DNA of 61,265 bases, the filler included, from Sphacelaria rigidula (Eukaryota), in the NCBI GenBank assembly GCA_964200075.2. It is 9 parts of 9 records of this genome, joined end to end, with 100 filler letters (N's around TTAATTAATTAA, not from the genome) between each part and the next. Parts side by side here need not be neighbours in the genome. Positions count along the whole stretch, not along the records: positions 6,820 to 13,538 come from CAXNAA020018436.1; positions 13,639 to 20,357 come from CAXNAA020018437.1; positions 20,458 to 27,176 come from CAXNAA020018438.1; 6 more parts are not named here. One strand, written 5' to 3'. Shown piece after piece: positions 10,923 to 23,500 of this stretch. Each line of letters begins with the position of its first letter. Within the stretch, counting starts at the first letter, position 1. A model generated the notes under the pieces. It saw only the letters and a program-made list of their open reading frames with translations, was not told where the DNA came from and ran no database searches. The position numbers and the translations under genes are program-made.

Positions 10923-12118
10923 TTTTTGCGTTAATCGCTGTGCATCCTGTACCCCCGTGGGTGCATGGATCAGTTGAGCAGACTCCACGCTTATGTGTGG
11001 GGTTGCTTTCACCTGAGTGTGCGGCTCGGAATAGTTAAGAGAGGGTTAACCGTAGCTCCTTCCGCAATCTCCGTTGTGTGCCCATTTTGAAGTCTTCCTA
11101 TATATTGTCTTTCCCTTATCCGAAAAATAAAATTCAACCAACCATGCAACCATCTATCGATCATCCCCAAACAACCTTTGATTAATTTACTGGAGTATTT
11201 ATTTATTTATTTATCATATATTGTGTATATATTGTGTATATATTGTGTTTAATGGGGCCTGGAATAAGTGAAATCGTTTCATTTCACGTGGTTGACTGTC
11301 CGACTCCTGAAACGACCAAGGGTAGGTAGCATTAACGGATTTTTCCCCTGCCCCCCCCAAATCTCCGAATTTTTCGGGGGGGAAACTTCTTCTCCGGACT
11401 TCTTCTCGGGAAAACAGTAGAGTTCACCACTTGATAGGTATTGGATTATAGTGTGGTGTAAATCCGGATCTTCAATGGGGGTGCTGTGCTCCTGGCGTGC
11501 TCCTAGAGTGCGCATAACGCGTTCTTGTCTCTATCGGCGCCTTGGGAGGGCCGATTTCAGGTCTGGCGACGCACACTTTGCCTACAGCAGGAAACACTTT
11601 GCACCCCCCTTGCCCGAGGGTCCTCGATATGCCTTCGCTGGGGTTTGGATTCGAGTTAGTGTTTACGAGTTAGTGTCATTCAAAATCATACATTTCCGAG
11701 AAACTTACCTTACCTACCAAGTGGTAAACCAACCTCCCGGAAGATGTGAGAGTACATATCTTGACCAGCCAGGTCAGGCGCTAGATCAGTTCAAGACTGC
11801 CTACAGATTTCTCCGAAAATCTAAGCGTCGGAATTTTCTCGAGTCTTTTTTTTGGGGGTGCAGGGGGGGGAAAGGGTCACAAACCCCCCCAAAAAATCTG
11901 CAAAAGTCGAAAACGAATCTGAAAAGATTTGTTCATCAATGTGACTCCTACTGACTGTAAGGTGGGCAAAAAGTTGATTTCGCAGACACTCTATTTGTAT
12001 ACATGGTAGCGGTAGCATTCATGGAACTCAGTCAGTTTGATTGCTTCGCGAGTCGTAACGCCTCTTTCATGTTTTGCGTTTTTTTTGTCTTTGCCGCTGC
12101 TTTTGCTGTGTGCCGTAG

Positions 12119-12256
12119 GCGTTCAACATGACCGGCGGGGAGAAGGTTTATCTGTGCATTCACGACCTCAAGCTAGACTTCGACGAGTTTACGAAGGCCA
12201 ACAAGCTAGACGACACACGGGACGATGATCATGACGGGATTCCTGACGTAAAGCAG
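12119..12256 (+). CDS. Uncharacterised membrane protein, exon C (AFNMTGGEKVY...DDDHDGIPDVKQ)
   Basis: Polypyrimidine tract plus gtag acceptor, CAG|gtgggg donor; 138 bp; phase 0; DxDxDGxxD acidic motif. Confidence 0.8.
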
Positions 12257-13222
12257 GTGGGGATGAGTCTTTTTACGGTAGCTCCCCCCCCTCCCCCCCC
12301 CCAAACAAAAGTGGCTGGTTTGGGGAGGCACAATGACAAAAACCCGAGCACAATGAGCAGCTGGGAATTCCCACGCTTGGGTTCGTTTTCGTCAACAATA
12401 TTTCTTTCGTGAAATTGAGAGCAGAGCGTTGATTGAGAGTGGGTTTAATCATTCGTTTCAACTTGGCCAATTTCTCATTCGGTGTGTGCTTTTATTTGCC
12501 TGTAGCACTGGCGTGTGCTTACAGCTACACGATGAATGCAATGAAAATATCGAAAATCAAATATTACATCGTCAAGGATCCGTGCAATCATAAGGACCTT
12601 TACTTTTGGCACAGAGGAAGTAAGAAGTGGCCTCAGGGGTAATACATGTTTGCCGTCGGAAGCGTTAGGGCTTGAGCGGCGAAGACCATTCGACCAACGT
12701 TGGCGCGGTGCAGTGCAGTGCTGGAGTGAGTGCTGTCATGCTCCAGTCCGCGACATCAAATATATGGGGCAGATCCCGCCGTAGCGGGGGATTGAATAGA
12801 TGGGGTGATTCTTTGAGACTACGGACTGTTCCTAAGGAAAGGGAGTGGTCAACTGTTGCAGACAGAAAAAATAAATGATGACTGAACGTGTTCGGCAGAC
12901 AGTGCCGTTGGTACCCTGAAATTATGTAGTTGATCACCTGACATCACATCGTCGGTACCTGTAACCTGAAACATTGAGTATTTTCGACAGTCGAAACCAT
13001 GGGTAACACGGGTATTCTGGAACAGCGCGTACTTCAAATACTCTAATGGACAGAGTACCCCGGGGGAAGAAAGGTACCCTGAGCACCTTTGGAAACTTCA
13101 TGTTCGAGCTACTAATGCCTCCGTCCTGATATCACAAAGTCTACCGAGCAAATCAAAACGATACCCGCCCGCCTCTCCCTTGCTTTGGTTGTGTGTATAC
13201 TCCCGGCATCCCAACTTCACAG

Positions 13223-13318
13223 ATTAGCCACGAGAAGCTGGTTACGCGCAAAACTGCGTTGGCCCTCCGCGTCATCAACCCTGATCGGGCTACGAACGCC
13301 CTCACCGGGATCTGGCAG
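13223..13318 (+). CDS. Uncharacterised membrane protein, exon D (ISHEKLVTRKTALALRVINPDRATNALTGIWQ); gene truncated by contig end
   Basis: cacag acceptor and CAG|gtgtga donor; 96 bp; in frame with exon C. Confidence 0.75.
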
Positions 13319-13690
13319 GTGTGAAGAAAGTTCATATAGCTTCCTTCCCTAACAGAAATCATATCCTAGTCAAGATGTGCTCGGAATCATGACGATACTC
13401 GAGCAATGATACGGTAGGGGTGCACTTTTTTCGCGAATTTTTGTCTGGTTCAGGGGCTTCTAACGATGCTAGACGCACAAGAATACGGGTCAGGACATCC
13501 CCGTTTACAGATTTATTCGGGATATCCCCAGCACATTANNNNNNNNNNNNNNNNNNNNNNNNNNNNNNNNNNNNNNNNNNNNTTAATTAATTAANNNNNN
13601 NNNNNNNNNNNNNNNNNNNNNNNNNNNNNNNNNNNNNNCGTGTTTTGGATGAGATAAAGGGCTCCTAACAATTTTAACCTCAGAAAATAT

Positions 13691-15303
13691 TTGTGTACCC
13701 TTACCGTAGCATCACTCAACAACAATAACCATCATCGTCGTGGAAATCTCCGCCATCGAAATAACAACCGCACCAACAGCAGCAATAACACCAGCAGGAG
13801 TAACCACAACAGCAACATCGGCTGCAACAACTCCGACGGCCATCAACGCCAAGCCAATACAGCCGTCGCCGATTCAGCTTCTACAACCGCACAATCGAAC
13901 AATATCGGCCTACAAACTTCTTCATCAACAGCTTCGACAGTGATCGATTCATATTCACCACCAAACGGTACGGGATTTTCTTTTCTCTCTGGTTCACACG
14001 TCACTAATACATCTGAAAAAATTTCTTCCCAGTTAACAGTGGACAGCGGCAGCACTGGACACTTTCTGGATGATCAGTTGCTGCCCAATATCGGACGTGA
14101 AATGGTCGAAGTTGTCAAACTTGATTCCCCGATGACTATTTTAACAGCGGGACGCCATCTACTGCATGGTACAGCAAAAGGAGTTCTCAACACCGTCGTC
14201 ATTGACTCTGAGGGGTACCAACGTTCTGTTCGGCTCCCAGCCGTGATTGTCCCAGGTTTGGGGGAGCATCTGTTCTCCACTGTGCAAGCTCTTGCTAAGG
14301 GAGCTTCGACTATATTTTCTAACGAGTCCCATATCGACCTTGGAAAGTTCAAAGTGCCTATCAACAGTGACAGCAACGGAGCTTTACAGTATATCAGCGT
14401 GAAAGTTTCTCGGAAACCGCGTAGTATCAACAACAGCTCAGCATTTACATCTACAATTATGTCAGGAGAATCTATGGGCATCGGGACAGCCGTTGTTGCA
14501 GAAGCCATACACCACGACATGCCAGGATTTTCAGCAGCCATGTCTACCACGGCGGGAGCAGACCCGACAGCTTTGTCTACAATGACAGGAGCAGACACTT
14601 GGCATAGGCGACTTGGACATCCCACGGAGCAGGTCATGCGCCGTCTTCTGAATACCCGTGGATCAGGTGTGAACTTTGAGGGGTCAGTGTCACCTTGTGT
14701 AACGTGCAAAATCAATAAAAGTGTACAGAAGGACCGCCCCAAGACTGTTAACTCCACGAATATTTCGGAACGACTGCAACTGGTCAGCACTGACCTAACG
14801 GGACCGATCACGCCCATGGCGCAGAGGGGCTATCGTTACATGGCAAAATTTACGGACCTCTTCACGTGTTTCGAGGTAGTCTACTTCATCACTACGCTCT
14901 GCAGGTTCATCCAAGATTTGGCTATTCCTTGAGGACTCCGTATACACCGCCTGCGGTCAGACCGTGGGGGCGAATATATCGCGGACTGCTTGAAGAGGTA
15001 CTGTAACACTACGGGTACTCGTCAAGAGTTCACCGGCCCATACACTCCTCAGCAGAATGGCATTAGTGAAAGAGACGGGCGGAGTATCTTGAACGTTACA
15101 CGTTGCCTTCTGAACGAATCGAATTTGCCGAATCATGTTTGAGGAGAAATTACTGCAACTGCGGTCTTTTTTATTAACCGTCTGCCGCACACGAGCATCG
15201 GAGATTACACTCCAAATTTTCGGATGTTTCTCAAGCAACCGAAGCTATCATTCTTGCGTACAATCGGCTCGAGGGCGTTTGTGCACAGGGAGCGTCTGTT
15301 ATG
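13691..15303 (+). mobile_element. Ty1/Copia LTR retrotransposon pol fragment (protease, GAG-pre-integrase, integrase), pseudogenised
   Basis: VDSGSTGH protease; WHRRLGH...CVTC zinc region; integrase STDLTGP, LRSDRGGEY, PQQNGISER. In-frame TGA at 14930 and 15140; no RT/RNase H follows. Confidence 0.9.
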
Positions 15304-18300
15304 AATCGCGGCATACATGGAGGAAGGGCAGTACAATGATGGGCCCATCTAATCTGATGGAAAAGTCCCGGAGGGCTGACTGCGGGAACTGGCAATGTGC
15401 CGCAGTCAGGGGGAGGGATGTTTGAGCCCGTACGAAGGCGGTTACATAAACACGCCTCTTTACATCCGACTTGAACACGGTTCTTTCAGAATCGGTGAAA
15501 GCCGGCCCCCTGGCTTTTACTCCTATGGAAGGGAACGAAGTGACCTGAGACATGAGATTCAAAACTACCACTGAAAGAGAGAAACTGAATCGATCCTGAA
15601 GCTGATATCAAGATACCCTGACATTCAGGATGAGCTGCTCCTCGTTAAACTGATCATTCCTTGTGCTAGAAAACTGTTTTGCCCTGCGATAAATGGTGAG
15701 CGAGTACGTACAAATCATTGCATACTGTATTGCACATGGATGAATATGCCGCATGCTTGGTTGAAGTAGGAAATTTCACTTTATGCCCCGTCTTGTGAAG
15801 ATCCGTCATCACAGTGCTTGAGCAGCGATCATGGTAACCATAACAATTGAGACAGTAGTAAAAACGAACTAGTGCACGGACAAGCAAGAGAGGCTACTAT
15901 ACCGTTTGTCCGTATCATGGCGCTTCTACAACCGGGGCTATTGTGTCGACTGTTGTCATCTGTGACATATTGATCACTCCTTCCTACGATTTGCGAAATG
16001 CTCGTGCTAACGAAACATCAGTCGACGTGATGCTTCAGGCGTTATACGATGAAATATTGAAGTGCAATTCCGTTCTTCGCTTCATGTGATAATCGTGGTG
16101 ACGTCTGGGAGTGCGTAGCAGCGCACCAAATGGCCAGCAATGATATGTGATACCCTCACGTCCATGCAAGCATATATGGGTGGTTAAGCTGGGGAGGTTG
16201 CTGCAGCAGTTACCCGCATTTCAGCTCGTGATGCGAGTTAGCTCATGTAATGTTTGCAGACCGTGTCTCCGCAGGAACGCTCAACAAAGTCAGCTGTCCC
16301 GACGTCCGTATGTTGTATACAGACAATATCCGTAGATACATTTTATAGTATAAGTGCGGATGATTCGAATTTTTGGAAATTCAAGTGACCGAGTCAAGCT
16401 ACCGCATGCATCCAGTGTTAATCTCGCGAAGCCGCGTTTCTACAGCATCTGTGCACGACCACAACGCGTCTATAACAAGCTGTGACCTATGGAGGGAAAG
16501 GAAATGATGGCTGATACTGATAACACCGGGCTACCCGCTTGAAGTGATTTCACGGTTTATTGGATGACGTGGGGATGACGCTTGGCCCACTGGATTTAAA
16601 TTCGTGAACCGTCACTCGCTACCGTGAAACGTGGGGCTGATTGTGCAACCCGAGATATACCGAACAGATACGCTGATGCTGTCGCTTTGAGTCAAGTTAC
16701 TGTATCCGTACAGCGCTTATTCTTGGCCACTTGAAGCCGCGTTTCTACGGCATCTCGTGTCTGCAATAAGCGCTCACATGTATATCTACATCATGGGGTG
16801 CATGCTGCATGACAACGGTGCCATATGTATATGCATTCAACAGGATAGCGGGTATTTAAAGTGCAATCCCCCGCCCCAAGTACTATAATCGATCTGCTGC
16901 TATCCAACCTTGCTTTTGCCTCGACAAGTTGTAACCGAGAGGCAAACCGCCGAACAGATAGTGAGTGAAGCGCACGAAGGCGTACACAGGGAAACATCAT
17001 GTTACATGAAGCTAGGGGGGGTGTCACCAGCGTCAACGTAAAATACCATGTTATGCTATGCTTGCTTATACGCGGTGGCAGGTCAAATATTTCGCAAACA
17101 GCAATGAAAGAGTTGAAGCGGTGTGATCTCCCTTGCGCCTTAAAATAAAAACTTGCCCTTACGGGTGAGTGCACAGGATCGAAATGTGAAAGCCCATCGT
17201 GCAAGTAGCTGTGAGATGAGACAGCTTGATGTTTGCTCTATACACCACAACATCACGGTTGACGCCAAGATGAAATGATTCTCTACAACGCTTTGCTGTA
17301 TTCTTGGATGCCATAACTGTGGTACGCCCGAGTTCTGCTGGGTAACGCAGCTGCTCAGTTTTACTGTAGGCTCTGATTTTGCCGTGTGATGAGACAACGC
17401 CATGCTTGCTTTATAGCCATGACAGGTCAAATCTTGTCGTCTAGACCTGATTGAGTAGAGTCACGGTGGATACTAGGATTGCATGACTCTACACACTGCT
17501 TTGCGAAATATTTTCCCGCAACAGCTGCTGAATGTTTTCTGTTGTGCAATGCAGCTGAAAGGAGCGACGCTATGCTGCCTCACACATCAAGCTTGCTGTT
17601 TACTGTATTCCCCACACGTGAGTTTGCACTGCAACTCAAAATGGAGTAAAACCACTGTGCCCGTTTCACACGCCCCGTTTACAGCCGCCAGCTGGGGTTG
17701 AAGTGAAGTGGTTCACCCCAAGCCTGCGCAATGATACCCCTGCAGCTCCGTCGTAAAGCAACCGTTTTATTTATTGTGATGCTATTACAGGATGGCTGTA
17801 CAAGATGTCTGAACTGAGTGTTTGTTGGCCTTGGTGTGAATGTGCAAACAATGCTCGTCCAACAGCTGTTGTATTTTACACCGACAGCCAATTGCTTGAC
17901 AGAATCATCTTTCTTGCTTCATGATTCACCCTGCACATGAGGCGTACTGCGATACTTTTGGATACCGACGCTCGGTTCTTCCACATGCTACCGCCTGATT
18001 GATCATGATTGCTATTACAATATGGATGTACAGGATGACGGTACTGACTGTTTACGGCTTGCACCATCTTCTCGGTGAAATCCTTGACTTTGTACTCAGT
18101 CTAACAGTGCATGAGTAATGTGCTTTCACTGTAGGAACAAAACTGTTCCGAGTCACCATCGAATATCAAATGTCGAACTATAAATGCGGAAGAACCTCTG
18201 CCGTGTACTGTTTATTTGCGTCTATATACTGTAGGGACACATGAAGTAGTGATGGCAGTGTTGCCTGAGTGAAACTACTGAACGCGATATCAACCAGCAG

Positions 18301-18518
18301 ATGGGAGTTAAAGAACTGCCTGTAGAAGAGATACACAGGGCTATCGAGATGTTGTCGGCTACAATTAGTACCGAGTACATACAGCATCATATATATACTT
18401 TTAGGAACGCGAACCACTTGCTCGAGTATATCATGCATGACCACGTATGCAACGGTGAAAGAACGTCGTTTTACTCTATGCTTTGCAAATTCACGAAACT
18501 GCTTGTGTGACCGTAATA

Positions 18519-19380
18519 CCATACTGGTTGTGCATACATGCTACAAGGCACGATACCATGTGAGCCGATTCGTCGTGAACGGAAATTGCGAAGCTTGAAT
18601 CAACATGGGGTATTTGCCCTACCCCGGTCAGGGGGGGGGGGCGTACTCATTTACCCCGGTCAGGGGGAGAGCAGATCATTGATGCATTAAATGTGTGTTA
18701 TTGTCATGGAAATTGAATGTCACTTCAACGTGGTTCCCCCTGATTGATAGTTTTACCCTTGGTGGATAGCTCCAAAGGGTATGGGCGAGTCATACATGCT
18801 TGAGAACTTCGGGGCTATGTGGTGTCTGCTTCGATTTTGAAGAAATCAGACCCAATCATGTGCTTTCACTTTACTTCACGGCTTTCAATACATGGGGGAT
18901 CGTTTCCGTGTGCACCTAATACCCGCACCTCGTACATGACCGTGTATGCAACTGATAGAGAATGGCATTGTTACGCTGCCGTCCGCTAATGCACGGAAAC
19001 TTGCCTGTCTAACCGTAATGCCATACTGCCTGCATACATGCCACCAGGCACGGTACCGATTAGCCGTGAACATGAATTGCGAGGCTTGAATGAACGAAAC
19101 ATGAGGTATTTACCCTACCCCCTGGTCAGGGGGGGCAAATCATTAATGCTCGAAATGCTATTTTGTCATGTAAAACGGATGAAATCTCTACGTGGTCCCC
19201 TTGTTTGATCGTTTGCGCCCTTGGTAGATATCTTCAAAGAGTATAAACGAGCCATGCATGCGTTAAACGAATGGAGAGTTATGTGAAGTTGTTTCGATTC
19301 TAAGAGATCAAACCCAACCATATACTTCTAGCTTACATTTCGACTGCGAATACGTGGGTGGGTGTTTCCAGGTTCACTGT
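18519..19380. repeat. Diverged tandem duplication, period about 500 bp (copies start near 18519 and 19021)
   Basis: Collinear matches tgcatacatgc, gcttgaat, ggtcaggggg, acgtggt, ccttggt in both copies. Confidence 0.7.
18636..18651 (-). mobile_element. 16-nt 3'-terminal remnant of the oligo(C)-tailed LINE with 16-bp TSD
   Basis: taccccggtcaggggg at 18620-18635 and 18652-18667 flanks ggggggcgtactcatt (sense AATGAGTACGCCCCCC), which matches the LINE ends near 47802 and 48497. Confidence 0.75.
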
Positions 19381-19629
19381 TGAACATACCATTGTTTGAT
19401 TAATATTACCCGCAGCGGTGGGTCACTGGACTGCATGAAGCCTGCAACAGTTGCTCGTCAACAATTATTGTTGGTGCCCACCTGCCGATTTCTATGTAGC
19501 TACTCATGAGTGTGACAATCAATCCAGATCCACAACGATTGAGCGTCTATGAGTGAAGCTGCATGCTAATGTGTTTGCATGAGGCCACCAGGCAAATGCT
19601 CCGTCAGTTCCCGTTGACCGTTTATACTC

Positions 19630-19750
19630 GTGCACACTCCGACAATCAATTCGAAGATGACCGTCTACTTGTGCACACTCTGACAATCCATTCAAAGATA
19701 ACCGTCTACATGCGCGTGCTCCGACAATCAATTCGAAGATGACCGTCTAC
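19630..19750. repeat. Minisatellite, 3 x ~40 bp
   Basis: ctccgacaatcaattcgaagatgaccgtctac repeated three times with substitutions. Confidence 0.8.
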
Positions 19751-20081
19751 CTGTCTGCGCGCTATAACCGTCCCGCGGGCAGGGCTGCATTCTTCTGGTC
19801 TTGAGAGTCCATGGGTTCCACACATTCCTTTGCCGAGATTTGCACCGGAAATAATCTGATAAAAATGTTGTTGGCTTGTAATGAACGACTCGTCTGTTTA
19901 CCGCGGAGACTATGCAAGTTGCCAACATACAAATCGGACATCGAATGGATGGACGAGAAAGTTGTATGAACCATATATATATATATATATATATATATGC
20001 TTGCACCATACAGCGAACAAGCAGCATTTGATTGCATAGAGGAAAATGGGCGAGGACGAAGGCTCAAGATGTCAAGACCAT

Positions 20082-20357
20082 GTGTTTTCGAACAGGTTGA
20101 CAGGGGGGCAGGAGTTTACCTTCTGCGCGCGAACCGGTTGACAGAGATCGAGGATTTCCCGTATGTTTTTGAACAGGTTGACAGGGAGCTAGGATTTCCC
20201 ATATGGTTTTGAACAGGTTGACAGGGGGCCAGGAGCTTCCCTTGTGCGCGCGAACAGGTTGACAGAGATCCAGGATTTCCCATATGTTTTCGAACAGGTT
20301 GACAGGGGACCAGGAGTTTCCCTTTCGCGTGCGAACAGGTTGACAGGGAGACAGGAT
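20082..20357. repeat. Minisatellite, about 7 x ~40 bp, two unit types, running into the contig end
   Basis: gaacaggttgacag core repeated; units alternate irregularly between ...gcgcgc and ...atgtttt types. Confidence 0.85.
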
Positions 20358-20529
20358 NNNNNNNNNNNNNNNNNNNNNNNNNNNNNNNNNNNNNNNNNNN
20401 NTTAATTAATTAANNNNNNNNNNNNNNNNNNNNNNNNNNNNNNNNNNNNNNNNNNNNGTATGGGATACCCTGGTAAATACCGGGGGTACGCTCGGTACGG
20501 TACCTTACCTACGGTGCCTGTGGAATAGT

Positions 20530-23500
20530 TTGTTCTCTTTCACGACACTTGGTGCAAATCCTTCCGGTTGTTGGCAAGGTCTATCTGGGCAATCCATACT
20601 TACGATGTGCAGTAAGGCTTATCGTCGTATTTTCGATGCTGAAAACCTGTACGCCAATGAGACACGACCGCTATGTAGTACTGCGCGATTTAATGTCTAT
20701 GGCGGCGAGCAAAGGACACACGGTGAGAGTCTTGGAATCGATCCGTCTATCGTTGATTCAATCAGAAACCTGCTTGGTGAACACAACTCCTGGGTTAAAT
20801 CGTACAGAAGCGCGGTAGACGAGATTGTGCGAAATGACCATGACATTCACGATGCCCAAATATGCTTCGGTCCCGTCAATCGAACGACTCATGGGCCGAT
20901 TCTCGGCGAATTGCCTACGACGTCTGAAATCGCGGCGTGCATCTTCCAGGAAGACACTACACAATTGTTCCGGCAAGTGTATACTTTCCCACGCAATAGC
21001 GATTCAGGTAGACCCCGATTCGTACCAATATTTAGCGCCACTTACGAGCCTCTGCGCTAACCCCTTCTATTTTTTCTCGGACAGTAGTGATTGGTCAAAG
21101 GGCACCTGGATACCTGGTGAGGGACTCGTTGGTGTCACTGTCGGACCTGGCGGGGAAAAGGTACCACTAGCGTATTATGTCAGACAACGATTGCTGTCCG
21201 AGCCTGTCTTTCATAGATCAAGTAGAGTAACACAAGGGTACCTGTGTGATATGTACTCTCGCTACGAAGAAAAGTCCCTCCAGTATCCATCTGCCCCAGC
21301 AGGACAGAAACGTGTTACGACGTACAAGGTATTGGCAGATGCACCTGAAGGTGGTCAAAACGGTAAGGTATTGCCCAAGGATTTTCACGGTCACCCCGCC
21401 AAAATGAAGGAAAACATTAGAGATTCTCTAGCAGTCGTTGCAAGAAAGGGCCGTCCTAGTGCAATGATCAACATGACGTGTAACGGCAACTGGGAGATCC
21501 AAGCAAATCTTCTACCGGGTCAGACGGCATATGATAAACCGGATTTCTGTGCCAGGGTTTTCAAAATAAAAAATGACGAGCTTTTGAAGGACCTGAGAAG
21601 TGGCCGTATATTTGATCCGGTTAGCTTTGAAATGAGTGTCATCGAGATTCAGAAAAGAGGGACGCCCCACATGCATTTAGTCATTAAATTACACGGACCC
21701 ACACCCGATCAGCTGGGTGAAATGGACGAATGGTGCTGGGCAGAAATTCCTCCCGCTGGCCTCAACAACAGCAAATCTAGACAACAGGTGTTGAATCTCA
21801 TGGTACACAGACCACGTGAAAGTCACAACATGACTTCACCGTGCATGCAAGACGATCGTAATCGGCCTGGCGTGAAAGTATGTAGTGAAAAATATCCTCA
21901 ACCATGGCGCAATGCTGCAGTCGTAAATGGCAAAACCGGTAGAGCAGAGTCCCGTCGTCGTGACACCGGAGAAACATTTCCATACAAGCAGAAAGTAAAT
22001 GGCAAATTTGTCGACGCGTTCGCCACAAACCAGTGGATCGCCACGTACAATATTTGGCTTTTATCTAAATACAACTGTCATACGTGCTTCGATGTTTGCA
22101 CCGCAAGCGCTGTAGTCAAATATATTTACAAGTACATCAACAAGGGCGCTGACTTCGTGAAAGCTACGATTTTGTGCGGTGGCAATGAAATTGAAGCCCA
22201 CCGTTCGGCGCGATACGTATCAGCGGCCGAGGCTGCCTGGCGCCTCCTAGGGTTCCACACCATGGACCGTCACCCTTCCGTATCGTCCCTGCGACTACAT
22301 CTTCCCGACCTACAACAAGTTATTCTCGACGACTCCCTCCCCGGCTCTGACCAGCTCTCCGCCGCGCAAAACACACTGTCTGACCTCATTCTTCACCTCG
22401 GCAGGCCCACTGAGTCCGCATTTGAATCCCTGACTTACCTCGACTAGTACGAAAATTATGTCGTTCAAAAAGTTCGAAAATCTCGAACAACAGGGACTGT
22501 TTTCCGAGACACCTACGGCAGTTTCGTTACCCCACCTTCTTCTAAAAAACATGTCGCCCGAATCGTCGCCATCACACCTGATAAAAGCGATGTGTTTTAC
22601 CTGCGCCTGGTTCTTCACCACAAACCGGCGAGATCATTCCAACAACTGAGAAGTCACGACGGAACCGTGCATGACACTGTTCAGGACGCCGCCAGAGCTA
22701 TGGGTATCGTCAAGCACAACGACGAGTATAGAATTTGTTTGAAGGAGACCACCGTAATCGACACGGGTAGATAACTCCGTCAACTCCTCTTTACCCTTAT
22801 TCTCGACGGTGCGCCCGCGAAACACCTCTGGGAACAATTCAAACAAGACTTCACTGAAGATTTACGTCCATCCATGTCCGACATTGATGCCGACAACGGC
22901 GCACTTCGCGAAATCGATATCGCCTTGCAGCACCATGGACGAACAAATGACATGGTCGGCCTGCCTCCCGTTATTCATTTGGACACAGAGTACTTGCGTT
23001 TCAAACACATGTTCCACGCCGCTCAAATGCATGCTTTTGCTGATGAACACCTCCCAAATTTCACTCATGAGCAACGACATGTTTACGACAAAGTTATCGG
23101 TAGCGTGATGTCAGGGGCACCTAATATGTTCATGATAGATGCGCCTGCCGGCACAGGCAAAACATACACGGAAAGTGTACTTGCGCTCATCTCAGGTCCC
23201 GCTCTAAGTTGGTACTTCGTGTCGCCAGTATGGGTATAGCCGGTCTGCAGCTGCCTGGAGCTTGGACTGCACATTCCGTGTTCAAGCTCCCCCTCGATGA
23301 CAGAGACATCAGTGGCGCCATGTGCAACATCGCTGCCGAATCTCAGCGCGCCGAACTGCTGCGAAAATGTGCCCTCATCGTTTGGGATGAAATTCCGATG
23401 AGTCACTGATTTTCCGTTGAAGCTTTAAACCTTACTCTCCAAGACCTCATGGGCAACACCCATTTAATGGGCGGTAAGTCTGTCTTGCTCGATGGTGATT

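Noticed and set aside
20082..20357. CRISPR-like spacing of a conserved core
   Set aside because: The intervening sequences are related to each other, the context is eukaryotic, and there are no cas genes; it is a minisatellite.
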